Below are positions 34,521 through 43,636 of a stretch of DNA of 46,352 nt, in pieces. Every line of letters starts with the position of its first letter. Position 1 is the stretch's first letter. The notes beneath the pieces were generated by a model, which had not been told where the DNA came from, made no database searches, and saw nothing but the letters and a program-made list of their open reading frames with translations. The stretch lies in IMG/VR virus record IMGVR_UViG_3300035696_002535, one strand, 5' to 3'. Origin of the DNA: a virus (Duplodnaviria > Heunggongvirae > Uroviricota > Caudoviricetes). The translations under genes were made by a program, and so were the position numbers.

Positions 34521-36233
34521 ATGTCACTGAGAGACGAAAAAGAACAGCTGGCAATGAAAGAGATAGCGGATACTTCCTTAACTGTATCTAAAGACAACAA
34601 GTTATATCACATTTTTAGGTTCATGCAGAAGTCCTATGGCAACGATATAAACCGATTTTTAGGCAGCTTTAATAGTATCCTAGCCCTGAGCAGTCTTTCC
34701 AGAAGGATCGAAAACAAGAAGCTCAAGTTTGCGTTAAACGCTCTTAAATTCGGCGTACCGGCTTTTCTGCACGGGGCAGAGCTTTACAATAACGTAAAAA
34801 ATTATATAAGGGATCTCAAAGGGCAGCAGTCCCCCACATACGACAAAAAAGTATACAGATATTGCCAGATGCTGGATATAAAAGACAGCGAAAATGAAGG
34901 GAGCAAATTAAACGAGCACGATATATACATAGATTTCGACGTGATATCCTGGCTGACTATGCGCCCGAACGCAAAGACAATAAAGGTCTTGGGGCTTTAC
35001 AATTCTGAAACTTTGGCTGAAATGGATAGTGTAAACAATCTGGAAAAGGTTAAAACCCCCATTGCAATAAAAATCCAGGTCGACGATCACAATTATCTAC
35101 TTACGGCAAACTTGATAACCTATAGTAGTATGGTTTATGCAGACAAAGCCTCTATAGTGGGGCTGTTGTTGTCTTGGGAAGAAGGGGAAAAAGTCAGGCA
35201 TGCCATCACCTGCGAGTTCATTGAAAGTCTGAATATAGACAGGAACACCCTTTACTTCAACAGCTTTGGCAACATAAAGTGCTCACCTAGAGTGAAAATA
35301 GAAGAGATAATAAATCAATATGATGTGCCTGCTTTTATAAAAGAGATTCGTCAAGTGCTGGATTGTGGCAGGAAAAGAGCTTATGTTTTTGTCAGCAGAC
35401 CGGGCACTGGTAAATCCACCCTTATAAAAAAAATAGAAGAAACAATGACAGACATAGTTATCTTTAGATTGTCTCCAGAGGATCTGGAAACTCCCAATAG
35501 GATAACGGACAGGTTTTGCATCATCCGTAAAATAAACAGATGCATAGTGGTAATAGAGGACCTTGATGCGTGCGACATGAAAGAAAAGGATTCAAAAACA
35601 GGTATCTTTCTTGATGCTATAGATGACGTTAGCAACAAGCTCAATATGGTTATTCTTGTCACGATGAATGACACGAGCAGGGTCCATTTTTCTGTCATAA
35701 ACCGTCCAGGTCGCTTCGATAGGATCATAGAAATTAAGCCTCCCCAAACTAGAGAGGAAGTATATTCTATCATGCTATCGAAGGCAAATAAACTTAAGAA
35801 GAACTATTGCCAGGGATCGTGCTTCGGTATCCCCCCGTGTTCCTGGAATGAAATAGAGGCTATTGGGGTTCAGACATATGAACCAAGTATTATCAATGAA
35901 GACCTTCTTCAGCAGTGTCTAGATAACAACTATACACAGGCTGAAGTGGCCGATGCTGTAACAGAGCAAATTTTCATCGATGCTTCTATAGATGTCAAAG
36001 AAAAGAAAAAAACATGGAAACAAGCTTATAAAAATTTCAATAATTATTTTAAGAAAGCGATAGCTTCCCACGAAAGTACACGACAAGCTCTCAAAGATTG
36101 TGACTTCAAGAATGAGGATCCGTCAAACAAGCTCAACAAGACGTGCATGCCTGCTTCTTCAGAACCTAAATACGTAAGGCCTGACGTAAGGCGTATATGT
36201 AATGATGAAGAATGGTACACCCAAAAATCTTAA
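34521..36233 (+). CDS. AAA+ ATPase
   Basis: Walker A SRPGTGKST, Walker B IVVIEDLD, SRH INRPGRFD. Confidence 0.88.
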   Translation: MSLRDEKEQLAMKEIADTSLTVSKDNKLYHIFRFMQKSYGNDINRFLGSFNSILALSSLSRRIENKKLKFALNALKFGVPAFLHGAELYNNVKNYIRDLKGQQSPTYDKKVYRYCQMLDIKDSENEGSKLNEHDIYIDFDVISWLTMRPNAKTIKVLGLYNSETLAEMDSVNNLEKVKTPIAIKIQVDDHNYLLTANLITYSSMVYADKASIVGLLLSWEEGEKVRHAITCEFIESLNIDRNTLYFNSFGNIKCSPRVKIEEIINQYDVPAFIKEIRQVLDCGRKRAYVFVSRPGTGKSTLIKKIEETMTDIVIFRLSPEDLETPNRITDRFCIIRKINRCIVVIEDLDACDMKEKDSKTGIFLDAIDDVSNKLNMVILVTMNDTSRVHFSVINRPGRFDRIIEIKPPQTREEVYSIMLSKANKLKKNYCQGSCFGIPPCSWNEIEAIGVQTYEPSIINEDLLQQCLDNNYTQAEVADAVTEQIFIDASIDVKEKKKTWKQAYKNFNNYFKKAIASHESTRQALKDCDFKNEDPSNKLNKTCMPASSEPKYVRPDVRRICNDEEWYTQKS

Positions 36234-36248
36234 CAAAGGAGTTTTATC

Positions 36249-36386
36249 ATGCTCAAAGAGAACAAGAATGTTGTGGTATGCGCAGTGATCTTGATTGTGT
36301 CTGTGGTAGCCTATTTGTTTTTTCGAAAAGACATTAATGAGATCATCAAGGTGAAAAAAGCCAGGAAGATGTGCGGGAAAAACTAG
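36249..36386 (+). CDS. small single-TM protein (45 aa, MLKENKNVVVCAVILIV...)
   Basis: Hand translation; SD AAGGAG. Confidence 0.7.
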   Translation: MLKENKNVVVCAVILIVSVVAYLFFRKDINEIIKVKKARKMCGKN

Positions 36387-36425
36387 AGCCAATGACGGTT
36401 GCTGGGGATATTCCTCGGCAACCGT

Positions 36426-36629
36426 CTATTTATGCTTTGCGACATAATCATTTGCGGCAGCTATCGCTTTTTCCAGGCTAACCTGATCGCCTATTTTATA
36501 TCTGAATTGCTTTTTGATACAGTATCCTCCACCTTGGTCATATGTTTCGACAACCTATATCGTTGAAGTCTTGTTGTGACCTTTACCGGCTTTTCCGCCT
36601 GTGCTTCTAGCGTATTGTACTCTTAGCAT
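36426..36629 (-). pseudogene. 67-codon ORF broken by in-frame TAG at 36555-36557
   Basis: MLRVQYARSTGGKAGKGHNKTSTI*VVETYDQGGGYCIKKQFRY...; SD GAGGAGG. Confidence 0.55.
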
Positions 36630-36639
36630 AAGTCCTCCT

Positions 36640-36969
36640 CTACACTATTACCGTTCCAGCCTCGATAGAGGAACCGCTTCTTCCTATCGCTTCGTCTAGG
36701 AGAGGCAGAACTACCGTTCTTCCTACAACACCTTTGGTTCTGAGACCTCGTTCCTCAAGATAAGCCCTAGCTGCTACGCAGGCTCTCACCAAAAGATCTT
36801 TTAATTCTTTGTCGTCTTCTTTGGTGGCTTCCTGTGCAGCATCCCAAACCTTACGAGCGAAGACCATGTCCTCACCATGATTACAATACCGATAAAACCA
36901 ATCTACAAAAGATATTGGTTCTTTCGGTTCTTCTGAGTCTTCCGACAGATCATCCATGACATCCCCCAA
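36640..36969 (-). CDS. hypothetical protein
   Basis: ORF track. Confidence 0.7.
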   Translation of the reverse strand: MGDVMDDLSEDSEEPKEPISFVDWFYRYCNHGEDMVFARKVWDAAQEATKEDDKELKDLLVRACVAARAYLEERGLRTKGVVGRTVVLPLLDEAIGRSGSSIEAGTVIV

Positions 36970-38013
36970 TTAAAACCACTTGTCATAAATCCTTTGGTAC
37001 TCTCCGCTCTCCTGGAGCTCTAAAATAGCCCTATTGATCTTGGATCTCCACGGACTGCCTACAGGGAGAGCAAAGCCATAGTTCTGAGTCCGTATGGAGA
37101 ATGGAGCTACCATATAGCCCTTATTTTTACTTGCATATTGAAGTAGTGGAGGAGCATCAAAAATGACGACCTTAACCTTATCCAGAGCCAACAATTTCAA
37201 AGCCTCCGGCAACCCTTTAACTTTGATCACCTTGGAGCCTATGTTTTCATCCTGGATTACATCAGCCGCATAACAGTCCTCTACCGTTGCGATTGGTTTA
37301 TCCCTGAGGTCTTTCAAGCAAGTAACCTCAGAAGTGGTCCTATCAAACTGGATGTTATTTGTGATCATCCCCAGATAGTACGCAAAAAGGGATAGGCCAG
37401 TTACGATCATCATCCCTACCAGGATCTTCCCTACTGCCGTTTTTGCCGTCCTGTCACCATATCCTACCGTACTTAAAGTTACCAGGACAAAAAGACAATA
37501 GTCCAGGATAAGCCACAGAAAGAATTTGCCCTTATTCTCAGGCATCTTTCGTTCTATGACCCAGAATATACTACCCCATATCAAAGCGAAGGCTAGAATG
37601 ATTACAATGAGCCTTAAAACCCCATCCTGGGATATGGCGAACCAGATAGCATGCAAACTGCTCTCCTTATCGGCTTTTACAAGGGCTTTTATGTCCGCTT
37701 CCAGGTAAGGATGTGTGAAATCTAAAGACTTCTCCCGTTTTGAGGTTATCGTTATTCCTCCGATACCTAGATCTGCAGATCCAGACTTAACGTTGATAAA
37801 GATGTCTTTAAAATTAACCTGTCTATACTGATAGTTGGTCAATCCCACACGCTCAGAGATTTTATTGAAAAGGTCTATGTCAAAGCCATATGGTTTATGA
37901 GAGGAGTCTACCATAGCGCAGGGTTGGACTATGTCGCTATAGTTGACTATGAAGGGCTTTTCATTGCTGAAAGCTGAAATGACTAAGGCGAACATCAGCA
38001 GTTGTTTTTTCAT
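36970..38013 (-). CDS. GluR0-like ligand-gated potassium channel (split solute-binding domain around a TM-pore-TM unit)
   Basis: GFDIDL, GITITSKREKSLDFTHPY, filter STVGYGD, YGFALP...INRAILEL. Confidence 0.85.
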   Translation of the reverse strand: MKKQLLMFALVISAFSNEKPFIVNYSDIVQPCAMVDSSHKPYGFDIDLFNKISERVGLTNYQYRQVNFKDIFINVKSGSADLGIGGITITSKREKSLDFTHPYLEADIKALVKADKESSLHAIWFAISQDGVLRLIVIILAFALIWGSIFWVIERKMPENKGKFFLWLILDYCLFVLVTLSTVGYGDRTAKTAVGKILVGMMIVTGLSLFAYYLGMITNNIQFDRTTSEVTCLKDLRDKPIATVEDCYAADVIQDENIGSKVIKVKGLPEALKLLALDKVKVVIFDAPPLLQYASKNKGYMVAPFSIRTQNYGFALPVGSPWRSKINRAILELQESGEYQRIYDKWF

Positions 38014-38264
38014 TACTTTCCCTTCTTAGTTTCTCCCTTTTGTTTTTTTAAAATTTTCTTTGATACAGATTCTGGGATCCACCAGCATTCATATCCATAA
38101 ATTATCCTTTTTCCCATCCTGAATTTGGGGATATTGCAAACTGTTCCGAATATCCTGACCTTTTTGTATCCCACATACTTTCCAATCCCAAGTAATTTTT
38201 TTTGATCAGCGGAACTGATGATCACGGATTGACCTTTTCTTATCGTATAATTACCTGCTTTCAT
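38013..38264 (-). CDS. hypothetical protein
   Basis: ORF track; SD GGAGG. Confidence 0.7.
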   Translation of the reverse strand: MKAGNYTIRKGQSVIISSADQKKLLGIGKYVGYKKVRIFGTVCNIPKFRMGKRIIYGYECWWIPESVSKKILKKQKGETKKGK

Positions 38265-38273
38265 GTGCCTCCT

Positions 38274-39494
38274 TTAACTTACCGTAAGCTTTTTCTCTTC
38301 GAGTGGAACTTCTGCAGAGCACTCGATTGGACTTTTTACCGGTCGAATAAGTTTTTCACTGATATGAACACGGTTTGGATGTTCGTTTGCAAATATCAGA
38401 TAAGGATTTGGCATGGTATTACTTTTTATTTTCTGCTTTATCTCAATTTCAGAATATATTGGATCAAGCCCAATACCATGAGCCACAAGATATGAAAAAG
38501 GGGCATTTTTTAAATCTATAGGTTTAAACAGCTCGCCTTCTTTTCCTCTAAGTAGATCTCCTTCAAGAAGACTTCTTAAGGAAAAATACTGATGGTCACC
38601 GTTATTTAATCTTTTAAATTCTCCTGTAAAAAAGCACAAAGGGAGCCCTATTCTTACTGAATAGAAATCTTCAGGTTTTGCAAAAGGGCTCTCTGACTCC
38701 GGATCTGGAGACCATACAGAAGTTCTATATCTATCTGAGAGAAAAGTCAAAACTCTACAGGGAATTGTGCTGCCATAGTTCGCATATGTGCTATCAAAAT
38801 AGCGTGATTGTATCTCATATGTCTGTCTATCAGGAGAGCTATAACTAAGACTAATTTCGGTTTCCGTAAAACTTTCAGAAAACTGACAACGGGTTATCTC
38901 AGCCACCCCAGCATAGTCTACAGGAAAAAACTGGCTTACATATCCATATTGCGGAGAAAACTGCATTGCGTATTTTACATGAAAAGATAACTCACTTCCG
39001 GAAATCATGGCCGTGACATCCTTCTTAAGCTCTTTCTCTAACGTATGGAAATTTCTAGGAAAATCTTTATGTGGCTCGTTATATCTATCCTCAATATACT
39101 TAGCAAAACGAAAACAGGTTTCCATTCCAAGAATAACAAGAAGAGAACTACCGGTCCTCTGAAAAAGCTTATTGATCCATTCTCTTATCATCCCATTATA
39201 AATCCTATTAAAACTCTTTAAATCGTAGACGTCCCTAGAATTTGTGTCTATTCGATACGGTTCCCGTTTTGCCTCTTCTTCTGGAACGAAAATTATATCA
39301 GCCACATAGTGGCCAAAAAATTCATGAGATAAAAAATCCTGTAATAAATAGATGTAATAACTTTTATCTATCACATCATCATCATTATTTGATCTTCTTG
39401 CAAATTCTTTTGCAGATTCAAAAATATCAACCGTTCCCCAGGGATGGGTTGGACTTTGAGTATACTTCGGTTTTGCAATTATGCTTTTTGTCAT
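38274..39494 (-). CDS. hypothetical protein
   Basis: ORF track; SD GGAGG. Confidence 0.8.
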   Translation of the reverse strand: MTKSIIAKPKYTQSPTHPWGTVDIFESAKEFARRSNNDDDVIDKSYYIYLLQDFLSHEFFGHYVADIIFVPEEEAKREPYRIDTNSRDVYDLKSFNRIYNGMIREWINKLFQRTGSSLLVILGMETCFRFAKYIEDRYNEPHKDFPRNFHTLEKELKKDVTAMISGSELSFHVKYAMQFSPQYGYVSQFFPVDYAGVAEITRCQFSESFTETEISLSYSSPDRQTYEIQSRYFDSTYANYGSTIPCRVLTFLSDRYRTSVWSPDPESESPFAKPEDFYSVRIGLPLCFFTGEFKRLNNGDHQYFSLRSLLEGDLLRGKEGELFKPIDLKNAPFSYLVAHGIGLDPIYSEIEIKQKIKSNTMPNPYLIFANEHPNRVHISEKLIRPVKSPIECSAEVPLEEKKLTVS

Positions 39495-39529
39495 AATAAA
39501 CCTCCGTTAATCTGCTAAGAGTGAAAATC

Positions 39530-39835
39530 TCAGCTTGGTTCTAGATCTGGTAAGGGACAGTCCGGATCGATCCACTCGTCGTTAAGATTGCGAAACGTAA
39601 AAGTACAAGGACGGTATATCCCCAGCAGTCCGCCGCACTGCAAACAGCTATGTATCTTTATTTTTAGCTCTTTCTTGGCAGGTACAGACTTATTCTCTTC
39701 TTCCTTAGTCTGATTGGTTATCAATTTGGCTAAAGCTGCATCGGCAACTCTCTGCCCAAAAGTGTGTATTGAGATGTTATCGAACCTCACGCCCTTGGCT
39801 AATTGTTCTTCGTACCATTCTTCATACAGCGGCAT
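39530..39835 (-). CDS. hypothetical protein (start moved to MPLYEEW)
   Basis: ORF track; SD GGAGG. Confidence 0.7.
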   Translation of the reverse strand: MPLYEEWYEEQLAKGVRFDNISIHTFGQRVADAALAKLITNQTKEEENKSVPAKKELKIKIHSCLQCGGLLGIYRPCTFTFRNLNDEWIDPDCPLPDLEPS

Positions 39836-40325
39836 TTTTACCTCCAGCTTCAGCCAATTCCCAAAAGCATTTATAGCATACCTTCGCATGCACTATACCA
39901 TCAGGCCATTTTAAATCACCAAGATGACATCTTTCGCAAACCTCTGTGCCCTCTAGGGCTACGAAAGGGACTCGTCGATTCCACACAGCCAAAGCAGCAC
40001 GCGCATTGTCTCCGCTGGTAACTGCTCCACACTCTGTGCAAAACAAGAATGTTATGTCTCCAATTTGGTGAAGCAAGGTACCTGTATTGCCACAAAAAGC
40101 GCAGGATAAAACATCTACCTTCTTTTGGGTTCCTATCTCCACTGCTTTTAAAGGAGTCCGTCTATTCCACGCATTTAAAGCATCACGTATGTCCTTCATG
40201 TAGTTGGTAGCTACACCACAATCTATGCAACAGAAGCAGGTCGTACCTTCGATTGTGTGTGGCAAAATGGTAGTTCCGCCACAGAGAGGACAAGGCAAAA
40301 CTTTTAGATTTTCTGTATCAGACAT
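39822..40325 (-). CDS. tandem Lar-family zinc ribbon protein
   Basis: Two repeats of CxxCG...CxxCG...A...WNRR. Confidence 0.75.
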   Translation of the reverse strand: MSDTENLKVLPCPLCGGTTILPHTIEGTTCFCCIDCGVATNYMKDIRDALNAWNRRTPLKAVEIGTQKKVDVLSCAFCGNTGTLLHQIGDITFLFCTECGAVTSGDNARAALAVWNRRVPFVALEGTEVCERCHLGDLKWPDGIVHAKVCYKCFWELAEAGGKNAAV

Positions 40326-40351
40326 TTTAAGTTCTCTCCGTGCTTTCTTAT

Positions 40352-40546
40352 TTACTTTTCGTAATTGAAATGAACCGAATATATAATAATGTTTCCATCT
40401 TCTAGTCCTATTTGCTTAGCAAGCTGTTTGGCTAATGAAGCAAATGTCCTCTCAGCATTAACATCTTCTAGCTCAGCCTCTATTCCTCCGACAGCACAAG
40501 TATGGCTATGCTCGTCTTTAAGCCCTTTTCCGATTTTAATTTTCAT
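40352..40546 (-). CDS. hypothetical protein
   Basis: ORF track. Confidence 0.6.
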   Translation of the reverse strand: MKIKIGKGLKDEHSHTCAVGGIEAELEDVNAERTFASLAKQLAKQIGLEDGNIIIYSVHFNYEK

Positions 40547-40550
40547 ATCT

Positions 40551-40721
40551 TTATTCCGCTTTTAGGTCTTCACAGTGTTTTATTTCTCCGCCGAACATTT
40601 CCTTATAATCCTTGGCTACCGACCATGTAAATTTTATCGATTTTTTCTTATCGGGATAAACCACGACCCACACAACACGGTCGAGTAGTTTATGGAAAAA
40701 TCTCCTTATGGCCTTAAGCAT
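40551..40721 (-). CDS. hypothetical protein (56 aa, MLKAIRRFFHKLL...)
   Basis: Hand translation; follows promoter 40741. Confidence 0.6.
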   Translation of the reverse strand: MLKAIRRFFHKLLDRVVWVVVYPDKKKSIKFTWSVAKDYKEMFGGEIKHCEDLKAE

Positions 40722-40740
40722 AGATACCCCTCCCTATTCC

Positions 40741-40769
40741 AATATACTTTTTTGGACAGGCAGAGCCGA
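40741..40769 (-). promoter_or_regulatory. recurrent promoter (TCGGCT-17-TATATT)
   Basis: AAAAAAGTATATT motif. Confidence 0.65.
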
Positions 40770-40777
40770 CAACTATT

Positions 40778-40993
40778 TTATACTTTTTGCCTGAAGTCTC
40801 TCAAAGTTCTGTCTTTGTAATCTCCCACAGCCAGGAGGATCGACTTCCAATAGTGCCCTTCGAAAGTCTTACCCTTGTCGTCAAGAGCCCAGGTAACGAA
40901 CTCCCTTTTATCCATATCAAAACAGAGCACATAGAGCGGCGTTTGGTGGAGGACTAAAGCTGTTCCATCATTCAATAAATCTCCTATCTGCAT
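40778..40993 (-). CDS. hypothetical protein
   Basis: ORF track; SD AAGGAG. Confidence 0.7.
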   Translation of the reverse strand: MQIGDLLNDGTALVLHQTPLYVLCFDMDKREFVTWALDDKGKTFEGHYWKSILLAVGDYKDRTLRDFRQKV

Positions 40994-41005
40994 AAAGGCT
41001 CCTTT

Positions 41006-41395
41006 TTAGATTTCAGGTCCGTAGAAAGATACTTCGCAAAGACCCGTGTATTGCTTTGCGGCTTTGGCATTGGCCGACTGGGACAGCTTAGGATCCCAGT
41101 TGCAGTGGTAACATGCCCGTACGGAGTGACCGTCTTCATCAAATCCAGACCATATGCAGAACTTCTTCTTGGCTATTAAGCAGGCATGGGTATAGAACTG
41201 AGAAAAGAAAAAATCCGACATTCCAGAAATAATAGTATTATCGTTGCTCGGGATTTCCACGCTAGGGTCATCAGGGCTACACTTGTATTTGAAATTATAG
41301 CGGTATCCACAGGCTGGGCAGAGCTCCCAATCACTCCAGTTCTTCGCTGGCTTGCCACATCTCCTGCATTTAAGTTCAGGCATAGAGTCACTCAT
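41006..41395 (-). CDS. Cys-rich hypothetical protein
   Basis: CRRC...CPAC...CYHC. Confidence 0.7.
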   Translation of the reverse strand: MSDSMPELKCRRCGKPAKNWSDWELCPACGYRYNFKYKCSPDDPSVEIPSNDNTIISGMSDFFFSQFYTHACLIAKKKFCIWSGFDEDGHSVRACYHCNWDPKLSQSANAKAAKQYTGLCEVSFYGPEI

Positions 41396-42006
41396 ACTTT
41401 CTGTTCCACCTTTTCAAAGAGAGGTCCTTGGACTTTTTTCCGATCCCAATGCCTTGAGAAATCCCCAACATCTCTGGACCTAATCAGGGCATCAATTTCT
41501 TTCCTTTCGTCTTCATTAAGATTAACCTTCAGGTACCACGAAGGGAAGCCTAGAGAGTCAAGACCAGATATATGGTTCTCATAAGCATGAATAATGTTTT
41601 CTATTCCATCTGTTCTCCAACAAGACTCGTGGTATGAAGCTAGCATCCAACCGGTGTTCCCTACGGTGTAGTCTTTCCCTGGCTTTACACAATCCTTTTC
41701 GTTATCGAGATCCTCTTCTGGAATAATAATCCAGTCTTCTTGTACCAAAACAGCAACATAATTCTGAGGGCCATAAATGCGGATCTGAAGATGCCTGTAT
41801 CCTTCTTCACCTTCGTATCGACCCAAACGGAAAGTGATCTCCATGGCACTATACTCAGTTCCCTCCTTCTTCGAAAACATAGGATCCTGGTTACGTCCAA
41901 CATTCTTATCAAATTCCTGGCAAATGATATCCCCCAATACCCAACTCAGCATATAGCCTCCTTCAATTTGAAGTATCTTCCAATTCAATTCTTTCGTATT
42001 CATCAT
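41392..42006 (-). CDS. hypothetical protein
   Basis: ORF track. Confidence 0.75.
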   Translation of the reverse strand: MMNTKELNWKILQIEGGYMLSWVLGDIICQEFDKNVGRNQDPMFSKKEGTEYSAMEITFRLGRYEGEEGYRHLQIRIYGPQNYVAVLVQEDWIIIPEEDLDNEKDCVKPGKDYTVGNTGWMLASYHESCWRTDGIENIIHAYENHISGLDSLGFPSWYLKVNLNEDERKEIDALIRSRDVGDFSRHWDRKKVQGPLFEKVEQKV

Positions 42007-42382
42007 GTTTTCTCAACTCTAAAAGCCCGAAGGCTTCAAGTTTGAGTCCCCGAGGAGATTGGTCGCCTGGATATGACTTTTCAATGACTGTTTTCACCCG
42101 CTCTTTGAACTTCGTCATTTTGTCCCATTCCTCAACCTCTTTTTGCCACTCCTGGTATTTCTTCTCGGCCTCGTCCCGTATGATACCCTTGGGAAGGTTC
42201 TTGATATCCTTGAGAGACATCCCCAACTTATCCTTTGGGTTCTCCATATACATCGTGGGATCGTAATACTTTTCTTTTAGCCGTTCCTTAAGGATCTTGA
42301 CACAGACATCATGCAGCTCCTTGTCATCGTGAATTGCAAAGTAGCGATTATAATGTTTTTCATGACAGACTAGGATTCTCAT
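41963..42382 (-). CDS. hypothetical protein
   Basis: ORF track; SD GGAG. Confidence 0.75.
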   Translation of the reverse strand: MRILVCHEKHYNRYFAIHDDKELHDVCVKILKERLKEKYYDPTMYMENPKDKLGMSLKDIKNLPKGIIRDEAEKKYQEWQKEVEEWDKMTKFKERVKTVIEKSYPGDQSPRGLKLEAFGLLELRKHDEYERIELEDTSN

Positions 42383-43055
42383 AATTCTCCTTTTGGTTGA
42401 TTTTCTTCTGCAGATACTTTATCTTTCTGGTATAGGTCTTGATCCAGGTCTCTGCCGTTTTCTTAGACCTGATCCATTCTTTTAAATGATCCTGCAAAAC
42501 CTCTAGCTTATACTCAGGGGTCTTCCTGTAATTTACCCTATCCTTCTCTTTCAGGAGCTTCTGGCGCTCTCTACGGAGGCCATGGAGCACTTTAAGGGGG
42601 TCTTTCTCGGCAGCACGATAGGCCAGGACTGTGTTGTAGGCAAAATCGTCACATTTAAATTCATTGTCGGCTCTTTTGCCTGATTTACCTGTCCTGAACA
42701 GAACGCCATGATAGGCTTCGTGGGCTACCACCATAATAAAGACTTCTACTCTGGATCTGAGATCATACTCCTTCGCCCAGCTATATCTGTAGTCTTTCCA
42801 GATATAGGGGAAGCCAAGCTGAGCGGACTCTGAAGAATTAATTCTACAAATTCGGAATCCCCTGTTCCTGAGGAAATCTCTGCATATGTGTGTCCTTTGG
42901 CCATATGTCGAGCCACAGCCACTATAGGAGTTCTTATGATTCCAAATGGTAGCTGTATAGCTCCAGGTGATCCCGGCTCTCTTAAGGATCCAAGGTACGA
43001 CCGAATGCACGAAGGGATTCGGCCAGCGAGACTTGTTGATGATGATGTAAGACAT
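42360..43055 (-). CDS. hypothetical protein with zincin HExxH motif (start moved to MSYIII)
   Basis: VVAHEAYH...NEFKCD. Confidence 0.6.
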   Translation of the reverse strand: MSYIIINKSRWPNPFVHSVVPWILKRAGITWSYTATIWNHKNSYSGCGSTYGQRTHICRDFLRNRGFRICRINSSESAQLGFPYIWKDYRYSWAKEYDLRSRVEVFIMVVAHEAYHGVLFRTGKSGKRADNEFKCDDFAYNTVLAYRAAEKDPLKVLHGLRRERQKLLKEKDRVNYRKTPEYKLEVLQDHLKEWIRSKKTAETWIKTYTRKIKYLQKKINQKENYENPSLS

Positions 43056-43057
43056 CT

Positions 43058-43273
43058 TTAGAAGCTCTCTTCCTTTTTGATGACCCACTGATAAAACATA
43101 TTAGCTGTATCCACGACTTGCTTCTTATCGACTACACCGCTGTTATATGTTTGAACAGAGTACTCGAGACACTTCTGTCTTAGGATAAGTCTGAGTTGAC
43201 CTATGTCCTGCTTCTGGGTGAACGTTACAAGTAAAGGATTACCATTGTTGTTAGCAAGATAGATCGTTTCCAT
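43058..43273 (-). CDS. hypothetical protein
   Basis: ORF track; SD GGAGG; own promoter. Confidence 0.75.
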   Translation of the reverse strand: METIYLANNNGNPLLVTFTQKQDIGQLRLILRQKCLEYSVQTYNSGVVDKKQVVDTANMFYQWVIKKEESF

Positions 43274-43296
43274 AAAGCATACCTCCTTCTAATAGT

Positions 43297-43325
43297 AATA
43301 TACTTTTTTGTAATGAGAGATCCAA
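43297..43325 (-). promoter_or_regulatory. recurrent promoter TTGGAT-17-TATATT directly after cas2
   Basis: Read directly. Confidence 0.75.
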
Positions 43326-43333
43326 GAAGTATT

Positions 43334-43627
43334 TTAAATAGACAAAAATCCTTCTGGATTGTATGTTGGTTTCGCACCAACATGTTCTATACGACGCTCC
43401 CAATTTGATCCCAAAAAATAAAATCTAAGACTGTCGGTCTTGTCGTCTATTATGTTTATTAAATCATGCTTCAATACTGGCCACTGCGAAAAATCTATTA
43501 AACATTCAAACACAGAATTTTGTACTCGTTGCCCGAAATCTTCACACTTCTTAGATATCTCACGTAATCTTCGTTTTCCTTGTGTGGTTTCAGTATTTAC
43601 ATCATAGGCTATTAAGACCATTATCAT
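43334..43627 (-). CDS. cas2: CRISPR-associated Cas2 (type I-C-like)
   Basis: VLIAYDV...RRLR...GQRVQNSVFEC...DSLRFY. Confidence 0.95.
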   Translation of the reverse strand: MIMVLIAYDVNTETTQGKRRLREISKKCEDFGQRVQNSVFECLIDFSQWPVLKHDLINIIDDKTDSLRFYFLGSNWERRIEHVGAKPTYNPEGFLSI

Positions 43628-43636
43628 ACTTAGCCC

